Source of the DNA: the human T2T-CHM13v2.0 reference genome, Homo sapiens
Strand: one strand, 5' to 3'
Assembly (NCBI RefSeq): GCF_009914755.1
Contig: NC_060939.1
Length of the DNA: 64,000 bases
Shown here: piece by piece, positions 1-24,489 of the stretch
Position numbering within the stretch: position 1 is the stretch's first letter
Layout: every line of letters starts with the position of its first letter
The notes under the pieces: generated by a model
Databases searched by the model: none
Told to the model about the DNA's origin: nothing
Seen by the model: the letters and a program-made list of their open reading frames with translations, nothing else
Program-made: the position numbers and the translations under genes

Positions 1-137
1 GCCCGACTAATTTTTGTATTTTTAGTACAGACAGGGTTTCACCATTAGGCTGGTCTCAAACTCCTAACCTCAAGTGATCCACCCGCCTCGGCCTCCCAAA
101 GTGCTGGGATTACAGGCGTGAACCACAGCGCCTGGTC
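1..137 (-). mobile_element. Alu left arm, cut by the window edge
   Basis: Reverse complement of the Alu 5' half (gcctcccaaagtgctgggattacaggcgtg). Confidence 0.95.
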
Positions 138-159
138 TGTTCTGCCGTTTCTATGGTTC

Positions 160-265
160 AACGGTTTTATAGGTTCCATATACGAGATCACACAGTATTT
201 GTCTTTCTGTATCTGGCTTATTTCACTTAGCACAATTCTTCAGCGCAGTTGTAAATGGAATGGTC
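160..265 (-). mobile_element. L1M (L1MB-like) 3' UTR fragment
   Basis: gagatcacacagtatttgtctttctgtatctggcttatttcacttagca is a typical antisense L1M 3' end. Confidence 0.75.
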
Positions 266-439
266 CCTTCGGCCTCATAACCCTGTGACGACAGGGCCTG
301 GCCCTCCAAATCCTCCTCACCCAGGCAGGCCCTGCTCTGGACCAGCCCGCCCGCTGTTCCCGCCACAGCACGGCCACTGTCCCTTCTGGGGCAGGGCATG
401 AGTCTGTGCAAAAGCAGCGCGGCAAGTAGCTGGAGTTTA

Positions 440-1070
440 TAGTTACGCGGGTGGGGTGGGGCCGGAGGTCGGCGTGAGGCGAAGCCCAGCCTTCGGAGAC
501 CTGTCTGGGGGTCGGGACCCTCTCTCGAGGGCAGGCGGACAGGCGGGGAGCTTTAAGCCGATCTGTGTCATGGGGTCGCTGGGCGGGCGCGGCGGCAGGG
601 GCGCCGGGAGCGGCGGACTGGAGGGGCGGACTGAAGGCGGAGAGGCGGCTTTGGCAACCCCAGTTTTCCCCCACCCGCATCCCACCCCCCCACCCGATCC
701 TGTTGCGGGGTTCGAGCCGGGGCACGGGAGGCCGACCCGAGGCCGTGAGCCCAGGCCTACCCCTGGTGGGCGGCGGGGTCCCAGGCCCCTGGCAGCCGGA
801 CGCTCTGCACCGCCTTGTTCCGGAGCGCGCCGTCGTGGTAGATGCGGCTCATTCTCCCGACCGCCCGGGCACCCCGGCACAGAGCCGGCGCACTGGGCTG
901 GGGGCGCGGCGCGGGAAGTGCTGCAGGACGCGCGGGGACCCGCGATTCCCAGCCGGCGGATCCAGGAATGGCGCGGCCCGGCCCTCAGGCGTTCCTCGGC
1001 GGGATTTAAAGGGACCGAGCTCCATTCCTGCACGCCAGGCCGCGCGCGGCAGGAGTTGGGCTTCCGGGAG
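440..1070. promoter_or_regulatory. ARPIN: CpG island / ARPIN promoter and 5' UTR
   Basis: Very GC- and CpG-rich stretch around the ATG at 852. On the minus strand there is an Inr-like CCATTCC (971-965) and a TATA-like TTTAAAT (1010-1004). GC boxes and an ETS-like CGGGAAGTG (912-920) are also present. Confidence 0.9.
761..852 (-). CDS. ARPIN: Arpin (Arp2/3 complex inhibitor), coding part of exon 1; the gene continues beyond the left edge of the window
   Basis: Reverse complement of 852-761 translates to MSRIYHDGALRNKAVQSVRLPGAWDPAAHQ(G), the recognised N-terminus of human Arpin. It is 92 nt long and ends at a phase-2 donor GG|GTAGGC (GT at 760-759). Confidence 0.97.
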
Positions 1071-1399
1071 GACCCTGGCTGGGGGCTTAGCACAGTGGGG
1101 CAGAAAGGCCATGCTTTTCTCTTGTCTCTCTCTCTTCCTCATTCCTAGAGGAAGATCCCTGCCCCAGCACACGCACAAAAGGGAAATTGAGGCCCCAAGA
1201 TCCTATTATAGAAGATCCTTTGTAGGATCAGCCCGGGAAGGATGGGTTTCTGGGAAGCAGGAATGGAGAACAGCCACTGGGGAGGATTGGGTGGTCAGCT
1301 TAGAAGCTGTCCATTATGCCCCGCCCGCGGCCCTACAATGGCTGAGTCAGGTATCCCAGGGATCTGTGACGAGGGAGCTGGGGCATGGGTGTCGGACCA

Positions 1400-1520
1400 A
1401 AGACGCCTAAGTTTGAATCCCAGCTGTGAGCTTGGGCAAGCTCCTCAACCTCTCTGAGCCCATGCTTCTTCGTCTGTAAAATGGGGTCAGTATCAGGGGG
1501 ATTGTAAAGTTTAATGAGCT
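1400..1520 (+). mobile_element. MIR
   Basis: gtttgaatcccagct...ttgggcaag...aacctctctgagc...ctgtaaaatgggg MIR core. Confidence 0.85.
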
Positions 1521-1864
1521 CACCCTTTCTACAACATAGCATTGCCCTCCCTCCTTCTTCCTGCACAGCTCCTGAACTCCTCCCTGGCCCCACAATGCCC
1601 TTTGCCCAAGTATGTCATAGTCCGCAGGTGCATTTTCCAAGCCTGGTACAGAAGATTCTTCTGACCCTGGGATTGTTGAGGAATCTTTGTTCTTTTGTTT
1701 GGCTTCTTCGTGCCAGGCCTCGGGGCAGGTGGGCCCATTCAGGGAGGCCAGGTGTACCCCGGGAGAGGGGGCGGCATTTAAAGGGGGTGGTGGCCAGGCA
1801 GGTGCCTAGGAGTCTAGCATGAGCTGTCAATGTTGGAAGAAGAAAGCACCCTCTCCCTTCCCTG

Positions 1865-1866
<2 letters not shown>

Positions 1867-1907
<41 letters not shown>
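1867..1907. repeat. (CA)n microsatellite
   Basis: About 20 uninterrupted AC units. Confidence 0.98.
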
Positions 1908-1909
<2 letters not shown>

Positions 1910-1911
<2 letters not shown>

Positions 1912-2031
1912 ATGACTTTCTTGGGTCCTAGGCACTTTTGTTTTCAAAGGACCCTTTCTCCATTAAAAATTTTTTAAAAAATTATTATCTTACCACTGGG
2001 TTGGCATAAAGATGAATATATGAATTTTATA

Positions 2032-2063
<32 letters not shown>

Positions 2064-2620
2064 GAGACAGTCTTCCTATGTTGCCCAGGCTGGAGTGCAG
2101 TGGTGAATCTTGGCTCACTGTAACCTCTGCCTCCCAGGTTCTAGTGATTCTCCTGCCTCAGCCTCCTGAGTAGCTGGGATTACAGGCACTCACCACCACA
2201 CCCGACTAATTTTTGTATTTTTAGTAGAGATGGGGTTTCACCATGTTGGCCAGGCTGGTCTCAAGCTCCTGACTTCATGTCACCACCTGCCTCTGCCTCC
2301 CAAAGTGCTAGGATTACAGGCCTGAGCCACTGCTCCCAGTCTAAAGTGTTTTCTTCAACCTAAACATATATTTTTTTTTCTGCATCCAATCATCCATTAC
2401 TAAACATATTTTTAGGAAGAAAGAGCACCTGTAGTCCCAGCTACTCAGGAGGCTGAAGTGGGAGGATCACTTGAGCCCAGGAGTTTGAGTCCAGCCTAGG
2501 CAACATAGCGAAACCCTGTCTATTAAAAAAAATTAATGAAATTAAATTTAAATTTTAAAAGAATAAAAACATTTTGTGGACCGCTAAAAGTATGATGGGC
2601 CTAATGGATGAGTCAGCCCC
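1910..2620. mobile_element. hAT-type MER DNA transposon fossil, split by an Alu (2047-2341, -) and an Alu monomer (2425-2532, +)
   Basis: gggtcctaggcacttttg...ggaccc and aaaacattttgtggaccgctaaaagtatgatgggcctaatggatgagtcagcc resemble the ends of a hAT MER. The Alus are clear. Confidence 0.55.
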
Positions 2621-2824
2621 ACTCCTAGCTGGCCTACCTGGCTGCCCGGTGTATGTCTGAGAAGGAAAAACATAGAAAAGCCCTACTGGAAAGCCCCTCT
2701 GGGTAGAACTGTCCTTTGGCCCTCTCTGCTCAAAACCCTCCAGCTGCTCACAGCCACCTGGCTGGCATGTCCTCCTCCTCTTTCCCTTTTCTGTGTCACG
2801 TTCCCCCTCACTGTGGCTCCAACT

Positions 2825-3025
2825 GCACAGCCATCCATGGTAGCCACTAGCCACATGTGGCTACTTAAATTTCGATTCTAACTGATTAAACCTAAATTAA
2901 ATGTAAAACTCAATTCCTCACTTTCACTAGCCACATTTTTAAGTGCTCAATAGCAACGTGTGTTTAGCGACTACAAGACACAGAACATTTCTTTGTTGCA
3001 GAAAGTTGTATTGGACAGGGCTGCT
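2825..3025 (-). mobile_element. MER3/MER33-type hAT-Charlie MITE
   Basis: ggtagccactagccacatgtggctac...agtgctcaatagc...gcagaaagttgtattggacag. Confidence 0.85.
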
Positions 3026-3341
3026 CTAAATCCTCTCAGGAAGAGTCATCTGCTTATTAGGCTCTGCAACTTCACCCCATCGGCACAATCTGCAGGCCAG
3101 GCACCAGCAAGACAGAGGAACCCAAAAGAAGAAAAGGAAAATTTTTGGAAAGGTTTTGACATTTATTTCCTAAAAAGCATCAATCATCACGGGAAAAAAC
3201 CCCAGAATTTTGTTGGACTTTCTTCCATGTATTTTGCAGTTTAATAATGTCTCTATATTAAATTATAAACCACAAGGTACCATGGAGACAGTATCAAGTT
3301 ATCTTCGATTAACACCATTCAACATTTGATTCCTACACTAA

Positions 3342-3865
<524 letters not shown>

Positions 3866-3875
3866 TAATTGTTAG

Positions 3876-4990
3876 CAGAAGCAAATTTACAGCTACAGAC
3901 ACCAAAACTTTGGGCCTCTCAGTTCCATGAGCCCCTATTGAGGCCAGTGTTGGAAGGTTCTCATAATGTGTTCACATGGGCATCCGCTTTTGTAAAATTT
4001 TCATAGATAAGGCAATTTTGCTTCAAGCAGAGACTACTTTTTTGCTCAGAATTCTCTTTTGCCTCATGTCAAGTGATGGTGGTGTAAAATATGAATGAGG
4101 GGAAACTGACATGGAATACATTTAGTTTGGGTTTAGTGGAATACATTTATGTGGTCTGTACTCTTCTCCACCTATAATTAAATTATAGCCAGCCATCCTG
4201 GTGTAGAAATATCCTACCTCCCTCTGTGCCAACTCATCTGGCACAGAGCACAAAGTGGGTGACATGAAGGAGCAGGGCCAGAGGTCACATCTCAGTAGAA
4301 ATGTGCCCTACAGTGCCTGGCACTGAGATTTTGTGGGTGCTGGAGAAGGAACAAAGTGTGAATCATAATGTGCCAGAAGCTGGTGTGTAGTAGAAAATTC
4401 TTTGGGCCGGGCGCAGTGGCTCACGCCTGTAATCCCAGCACTTTTGGGAGGTCGAGGTGGGCGGATCACTTGAGGTTGGGAGTTCGAGACCAGCCTGCCC
4501 AACATGGTGAAACCCTGTCTTTACTAAAAATACAAAAATTAGCCAGATGTCATGGTGCACGCCTGTAATCCCAGCTACTCAGGAGGCTGAGGCATGAGAA
4601 TCGCTTGAACCTGGGGAGACAGAGGTTGCAGTAAGCTGAGATCGCACCCTGCATTCCAGCCTGGGGCACAGAGCGAGTCTCTGTCTCGAAAAAAAAAAAA
4701 AAGAAAAAAAGAAAAGAAAATTCTTCCAGTTATCAGACAGATGAAATTATAAGCAGAAGATTCTCCTTAACTGTAGTCAAAATCAAAGTTCTCTCAGGAA
4801 TGTCTTCCCTAAAACTGCGCATGTAATTATACACATACCAACCATTTTTCTCCCTGTCTTTTGATGGGCATCAGGCAAAATCAAATTTATCAGGATTCCT
4901 GTGTAGGACACAAATGTCTAGCAGTAAAACAAACAGAAAGTGCATTTGTGTGTGGAGTCTTAGACTGTATGCATCAGATCGCATCTTAGC
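3876..4990 (+). mobile_element. Zaphod/MER115-like hAT-Tip100 fossil, interrupted by an Alu (4405-4715, +)
   Basis: aatgtgttcacatgg, tacatttagtttgggtttagtgg and gccagaagct...gaaaattcttcc match the recalled consensus. The Alu TSD agaaaattctt lies at 4392-4402 and 4715-4725. Confidence 0.65.
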
Positions 4991-5236
4991 ATATCTGACA
5001 CATCTTGTCCTGACAAAGTCTGGTGGTTCCAGAAGAAATAGCATGCCAAATTGCCACCAAGGCAGTGAAAAAAAAGCCTGAAGAAATTACATACACACCA
5101 CAGAGCGAAAGAAAAACAAAGAAATCGCTGAAGAGAGAAAGCATAACATGATGCCAGAATGAAGTCCAAACCTATCCATCACATCACATCAATAAATGCA
5201 AATGGAGTAAGCCTAGTTTGGAAAGAAAATCTATGA

Positions 5237-5617
<381 letters not shown>

Positions 5618-5958
5618 TAATGCCATTCAGAGCCTCTTGGCCTCACATTCTTCCCAGGCCTTTGACCTATTCTGTCTTCACCTCTCTGTAGTGATCAATT
5701 CTGCCTAGGGCTCCACTGATTTCACATGGAAACAATCCCTCATGACAGCAATATGAGCATTGTTACTAGTGGTAAGTGGTTCATGATAACCCTTGGCACG
5801 AAGTGGCAACAAAATTATTAAGGTTCTCACCTGTAGTTCATTGGGGGTGAGCTGTAGGTGGAGAGTGAAATTGGGCAGGTAAACGGGGCATCTGTGGCAT
5901 TTGACTGGTATGGAGCAATGATAATTACAAGAAATGTTGAGTAGGCTAGCTTTTATTT

Positions 5959-6345
5959 GGCCAGGTGTGGTGACTCATGCCTATAATCCAGTGCTTTGGG
6001 AGGTCAAGGAGGTAGGATCACTTGAGGCCAGGAATTCAAGACCAACCCACGCACCACAGTAAGACCCTGTCTCTACAAAATTTATTTATTTATTTATTTA
6101 GCCAAGCAACAAAAACCTTTATTAACATTTTGAACACTTTTAGCTATTATTGAAACTGGTAATTTTACAAAAAAGTTTTTTTTAATTAGCTGGGTATGGT
6201 GAAATATCCCTGTAGTTCTAGCTACTCAGAAGGCTGAGGTGGGTTTCGAGACCATTCTAGCCCAGGAGTTTGAGGCTGCAGTAAGCTGTGATTGCACCAT
6301 GGCACTCCAGTCTGGGCAACAGAGTGAGACTCTGCATCAAAAAAA
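5959..6345 (+). mobile_element. AluJ-like element carrying an inserted micro-retrocopy in its A-rich linker
   Basis: Alu arms at about 5959-6080 and 6183-6345. Confidence 0.9.
6081..6165 (-). pseudogene. Micro-retrocopy of an mRNA 3' end (parent not established)
   Basis: On the minus strand, AATAAA (6123-6118) is followed 17 nt later by a (TAAA)n tail (6100-6081). Flanked by tacaaaa at 6074-6080 and 6166-6172. Confidence 0.6.
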
Positions 6346-6466
6346 TAAAGAAAAGAAATGTAGGGTAGACCAGCTTTTATTAACAGCATTGAAACCTTAC
6401 AAAAAAGAAAATGATAGTCTCAGGATAGCTAACAGCCAACTTTAGATATGTACAAGCCATGGGGAG

Positions 6467-8178
<1,712 letters not shown>

Positions 8179-8858
8179 AGCCATGGGGAGCTTTGTGGCA
8201 GTTTTTAAGGAGACTCATTTCCTGAAGCTTCAGGGACAACTGCTAAAAATCGGGCTCAGTATCTGATGACGACAGAGCTGTCAAAGAAGCCTGAGTGTGC
8301 AGCCTTGATAGGTCTCCTGTCAAATCACGGCTCCTCTAGGAAAAAAGTGAGGCCCTGGGCTGGGGACCTGGGGTGGATGAGCCTGAAAACCCTGAAAAGC
8401 CTGAACTGGAAAACTTGAATATGAAACTTGCACACAACAATTAGGTGGAGATGCCAGAACTTCCTTGACAGTATTGAAGAAGAGGTTATGAGACTCAGGG
8501 AGAGAGCAATGTTAAATTGGATTTATTGTCTAGGACCTGAGGACCCACCATCTAACTATACCCAGGCAGCCCAGAGGCAACAAGGGAAGTCAGGTATCTT
8601 TGAGATGCCCTGTGGGGTTGATAGAATAGATACTACCATGGAACTAGACTCCCAAGTAAAAGGAGATGATGGGATTTGGGAATGGCAGGGGCCTAGTGGC
8701 CACACTTACCTGCCAGGCAAGGTAGATGTAATTGTCAGAAGGAGCAGCCAGGCTAGAGTAGGCAATTAGGATGCCTGGACAAGCTTTATGGTACCAGGGT
8801 CAAGATAGGTGGACTGCCTCTGAGCATGATGTTCAATTTGTATTAAAAAACAAACACA

Positions 8859-11596
<2,738 letters not shown>

Positions 11597-11599
11597 TTA

Positions 11600-11875
11600 A
11601 AAAAGAAATATTTGAATGCGAAATGACATGTACGTGAGTATTGTTTGAAATAGCAAAATACTAGAAACAACTTAAATGTCCATCAGTGGGGGACTGGCTA
11701 AACAAATAATGAAATATCAATTCAAAGAGAGGCTATGCAACCATAAAAAAGAATGAAGCATGTGCATACATGGCATACTGTACGTATGTGTGTGCATGCA
11801 CAATATTAAATGATTTCACTTACTGTTAACTGAAAGCAGCAAAGTACAGTACAGTGTACTCAGCAGCCACTTATT
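11600..11875 (+). mobile_element. L1ME-like 3' fragment
   Basis: aaatagcaaaatactagaaacaacttaaatgtccatcagtgggggactggctaaacaaata. Confidence 0.75.
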
Positions 11876-11886
11876 TAATTGATATT

Positions 11887-12189
<303 letters not shown>

Positions 12190-12204
12190 GATATTAACGG
12201 AGGA

Positions 12205-13960
<1,756 letters not shown>

Positions 13961-13986
13961 TTTTGAGCCTCAAGTGCATGTAATTA

Positions 13987-15093
<1,107 letters not shown>

Positions 15094-15094
15094 A

Positions 15095-15193
15095 ATTTTT
15101 TATTTTTTCAACTGTGGTAAAATATGCATAACAAAATTTACCATCTTTACTATCTTTAAGTGTACATTTATGTGGCATTGAGGCATTCACATT
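15095..15193 (-). mobile_element. Extreme 3' tail of an L1MB, detached from its body at 18497-19090
   Basis: Reverse complement reads aatgtgaatgcctcaatgccacataaatgtacacttaaagatagtaaagatggtaaattttg...taccacag followed by an A-rich end. Confidence 0.85.
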
Positions 15194-16217
<1,024 letters not shown>

Positions 16218-16938
16218 TAATTTCATATAGCAAATGTTACAAATGGATTCTGAAGACCCTTACTCTTCCCAGTCAACATAACCTGACTACAACAGGATGT
16301 GGATGACTTGGCTGAGGGACAGAATTTGGGAAATGATTACTTCTCCCTGATCCCTGATATTTGGTGCAAGTATGACAGTTCGCAAGGTAATGTTGACAGG
16401 ATACCTCCCTAACGCTAGCCCTCAAAGCAGAAATACCAGGGTAGAGTTTCTCCAAGATTGTTCCCATTTAGCAAAGGAGCCTGTTTCTTTATGAACATTG
16501 AGGATTTGTTCATTTAGATCAATATTTGCAGTGGAAGCTCTAAGAGAAACCCCTGATTCTGACATTCTAATCCTCAGAGATAAGACAAATAAATATTTAA
16601 ATACCATCGAAATGTGACCAGATGTCCAAGCAGACAGCCTGTCTGTCTGATCAGGCAGAACGATATCCAGTAATTAGAGCAGAGGAGCCGGGAGAAGTTC
16701 CCTGAGTCAATGCCCACAGAAATCACACTGGCCACACTGCTCTGTCAAAGGGTTTCCCTTACAGTCAGCCTTAAAATGTTTCCAACTTTGACTACGAAAA
16801 GTATTATTTTCTAAAACTCTGTCTTCAGATAGCTTCAGGGATAAAGAACAAAATGTAATACCAGCCGACAGGAGTCTCAGGCACCTCTGAAACCACAGCC
16901 ACCCACTGACAGACCTGCGCCCAGTATGGAGACCTCTA

Positions 16939-17421
<483 letters not shown>

Positions 17422-17697
17422 TTACCATGGAGGTTCCTGCTGGGCAGAGAGAGACCTGCCTGGGAGGCCCAGCATCATTATGTCCTAAGCCCTGGCAATT
17501 GTCACTCCAGGGGCTCTAATCGTTCTAGAATAGATACACCTAGAAAAATAAGTGCAGCAGGAAAATTCAAGTTCAGATTGATAGGACTCACAAAGGGGAA
17601 CTTGCCCTGTTGGTTATTAGATTATCTCATAAAACTAAAAAAATGTAAACCATGGCATTACATGTACACATCAGTGGACCAGTATAAAAAGCCAAGA

Positions 17698-18225
<528 letters not shown>

Positions 18226-18496
18226 TTATTGATTAATAAGAGAAAGATCAATGTATCGACACAAAAATGGCTTTGCAGTTACCCACAGGCACTTCGTGGA
18301 GTGTCTGAGTCAGGGTAGACCTGCACAGGCACATGGGGTCCCTGAAATCCTTGTGCCCTCTGACCCTGCTACTGTATCCTGTCTGCCAGCATCTTCCTTA
18401 CACATGATGATTTTCTTTCAGAGCTTCATTCTCTTTCCTGCATGTGCGGGAAGACTCTAGTTCATCAGACAAGTTTGTATATATCAGTCTTCAAGT

Positions 18497-20290
<1,794 letters not shown>

Positions 20291-20299
20291 TGAATCAGC

Positions 20300-20556
20300 A
20301 GCTTATGTTTTTAGCTTTTTCTTGCTCCTAAGTGTTGGTGGTCTTCCAGAGCACTACCCTACCTTCTGAGCTCAAGTTCCTACCCTGCTACTCCTGACTG
20401 CAGGCAGAGGCCTCTGCTATCCTGTTTGGTACAAGCAGGGGAGGAAAGCAGGGAGCCAGACGCTTATTCCTACTGTGATGCCTGAATTAACCACCTTCCC
20501 GGTGTCCCAGAGCTTCCTTCTGTTCCCTGTACCTACCATCTCCGAGCTCAGAGCCC
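20300..20556 (-). repeat. Inverted duplicate of 24311-24489 + 25307-25370
   Basis: Direct alignment. Both ORF-track peptides share KVVNSGITVG..VWLPAFLPCLYQT. Confidence 0.9.
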
Positions 20557-20645
20557 ACAGCCTTGTTTTAACATTCATGTCATCGACATTTTTTTCAGAG
20601 TCCAGGCTAGTGGTCTTGTAGAAGGACTCTATCTTTTTGATCCTC

Positions 20646-21047
<402 letters not shown>

Positions 21048-21740
21048 ATTAAATTAAATTAAATAATTTAGTTTTTTTAAAAAATTAAGTTAATTTAGTT
21101 TTTTAAAAAAATTAAATTGAATAATTTAGTTTTTTTAAATTAAATTAAATAAATTCAAAATTTAAAAAACATAATTTTAATAACTGTGTAAAAATCCATT
21201 TTATGCATGTGTAGTAACTTGTTAAATCATTCTCCTATCACAACATATTTGTTTCCACACTTTCATTTTTCTAAATGTAGCAGGGTCTTAAAATGCAGCT
21301 CAACTATATCTGGCATGTAAAGAAAAAAATGCAGTTCTTTTATTTTTTCTACTTCCCAAGTTCTCTTCTCTGGTTAGTGTGGGGGGAAAAGGTTACCTTG
21401 AAAACTTAGTCCTATCCAGTAATCCTTATACACAGGTCTCAGTCTCTCTAAGAAAAGCAGTCCAGCTTCCGCTCCTGTCCCAAGTGGCAGCCGGGGAGTA
21501 TTAGGGGCAGGACTGTGGCTGCTGAGATCCCAGGGGCAGGAGTGGGAGGGAGGCCGAGGGGTCTTTGGCTGTGGGTTTGCTCAGGCCTCTTCTGAATCCA
21601 GGGTGATCCCCTCTGGCAACTTCACAGCCCACCCTAGTGACATCAGGATCCCATTCACCCCATGGGGGCTGTACAGAAGTTCAGGAAGGCTGAAGCTCAG
21701 ATCCTTGCTCTGCCTGCTCAAACTGTGCCTTAATTGATGA

Positions 21741-22200
<460 letters not shown>

Positions 22201-22529
22201 CTTCACTGCTTTCTTCTTCCCACTTTCCCCATGGCCTCAAACAGGCAGGCTTCCACCTTGCTCTGCCACACACATCCCTCCAGCGAGGCAGCAAGCCTTG
22301 AGGCCCACAATCTAGGCTGAAAGGGCTCTCTTTTCCACTTAGGGGACAACTCTACAGGCTAAGTCCTCTGGTCTTGGTTGTTGAAGTGCTAAAGGATATC
22401 TGTGCGTAGGATCAAAAGAAAATAATTTGGAAGATCTCTTAAGACAAACACCTATTTTGCAAGGCTAATGTCTTGCTGCATAATCTATTTTGAATGTCAG
22501 AACTAGATATTAATTACTTCTCCTCTCCT

Positions 22530-23480
22530 CATACTTTCTATAATTTTGCATTTCACCACAACTAGCACCATCAGTTGTAAGATGCACTGTTATTTTAGGT
22601 ACTCCTAAGAAAGAAAAACAAACTGCCAATTAAATTGTGAACAATGCATTCTTATTTAGAATTTTGGTTTACACTCATTCAAAAAGCTCTTTTTAGACTT
22701 ATTTAGACATATATTTTTATATATCATCTTGTGCATATGTAAAAAGGAAAATCTCAGTGAAATAGTTGGAAGGTATTTCTATAACTTCTTTACAGAAGAG
22801 ACTGATGTAGACATTGATTCTTCTGAACCCCTTTTCATATCAAAGTCGATAATGACCGTGTCTTTCTATACAGCATTGCTGCCTATGCATTGAGAGAGTT
22901 GTTGATACGGGATCTCTTCATCCAGTGCTCCACCACTGCCTCTGGGATTGCCTTCCCAACTGTTGACACTCATTCTGCAAGTTTTTTTGTTTTTCATTTT
23001 TTGAGAAAGAGTCTTGCTCTGTCACCCAGGCTGGAGTGCAGTGTGTACGATCTCGGCTCACTGCAACCTCTGCCTCCCGGGTTCAAGCGATTCTCCTGAC
23101 TCAGCCTCCTGAGTAGCTGGGATTACAGGTGCCCGCCACCATACCTGGCTAATTTTTTGTATTTTTAGTAGAGACAGGGTTTCACCATGTTGGCCAGACT
23201 GGTCTCGAACTCCTGACCTCAAGTGATCCACCCGCCTCAGCCTCCCAAAGTGCTGGGATTACAGGCGTGAGCCACTGCGCCTGGCCTCATTCTGCAGGTT
23301 TTTATGCTGCACCTCCTGTCCCTTTTTCTTCTTTTAATCTTATAGAAGGTGTTAATAGAAGGTTTTCAGATCAAGTTTTCATATATGCAGACAATGACAA
23401 CCATATCGAAACTACTGCCTGGCCAACAGCTATTGTCAGCAAACATTGATTATAGGGACACGTATCAATTTCAAAGAAAT
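22530..23480 (-). mobile_element. Old TcMar (Tigger/Kanga-like) transposon fragment split by an Alu (22982-23286, -)
   Basis: ttgtaagatgcac subterminal motif and degraded transposase-like sequence; Alu TSD ctcattctgca. Confidence 0.5.
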
Positions 23481-23712
23481 AATGAATTCTAGTAAACCTT
23501 AATACTTTTACTTCCCACACCTCTTCTGCCTCTAGGCAGGCTGGATGCTTCAAGCCACACACAGAAGGTTCTGTACTTGGAAAGGCTCTTTGATACTTTG
23601 TAAGATATTAATCCTATTACACAAATACTGCTGGAAAGGAAATCTTTGAATATAAAACTTCGACTATAATTCTGCTATTTCTTCAGATAGAGTCCTAGAA
23701 GAGAGAATTTAG

Positions 23713-24099
<387 letters not shown>

Positions 24100-24103
24100 T
24101 AGA

Positions 24104-24121
24104 TACACACAGACACACACA

Positions 24122-24157
<36 letters not shown>
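24104..24157. repeat. (CA)n microsatellite, interrupted
   Basis: AC run with ag interruptions. Confidence 0.95.
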
Positions 24158-24159
<2 letters not shown>

Positions 24160-24489
24160 GGCAACACTGGAAAACAGAGTGCTCTCAGTAGACCATAAAT
24201 GATCAGGAACCTCTGAAAGGCAGAAGGAGAATGAAGCTAGACTACAGGAGGAAACCACAGCCTAAACCACATGCAAGAAAAGATTGCTCTACAAGTCAAG
24301 AGCATCTTAGGGGCTCTAAGCTTGGAGACGGTAGATACGGGGAAGAGGAGGAAGCTCTGGGGCACCATGAAGGTGGTTAATTCAGGCATCACAGTAGGAA
24401 CAAGGGTCTGGCTCCCTGCTTTCCTCCCCTGCTTGTACCAAACAGAGGACAGCAGAGGCCTCTGCCTGCAGTCAGGAGTAGCAGGGTGA

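Noticed and set aside
240-1410. Long overlapping ORFs of 161-281 aa on both strands
   Set aside because: These are stop-poor CpG-island frames rich in G/P/R/A. The true coding exon is the short frame at 852-761.
8428-8769. 113-aa gag-like ORF as a domesticated gene
   Set aside because: Only a short stretch is in the gag frame, the surrounding ERVL is frameshifted and fragmented, and it starts at TTG.
24271-24489. Pair of similar ORFs (with 20417-20647) as a small gene family
   Set aside because: The similarity comes from the DNA-level inverted duplication. Starts and stops differ and there is no coding or splice support.
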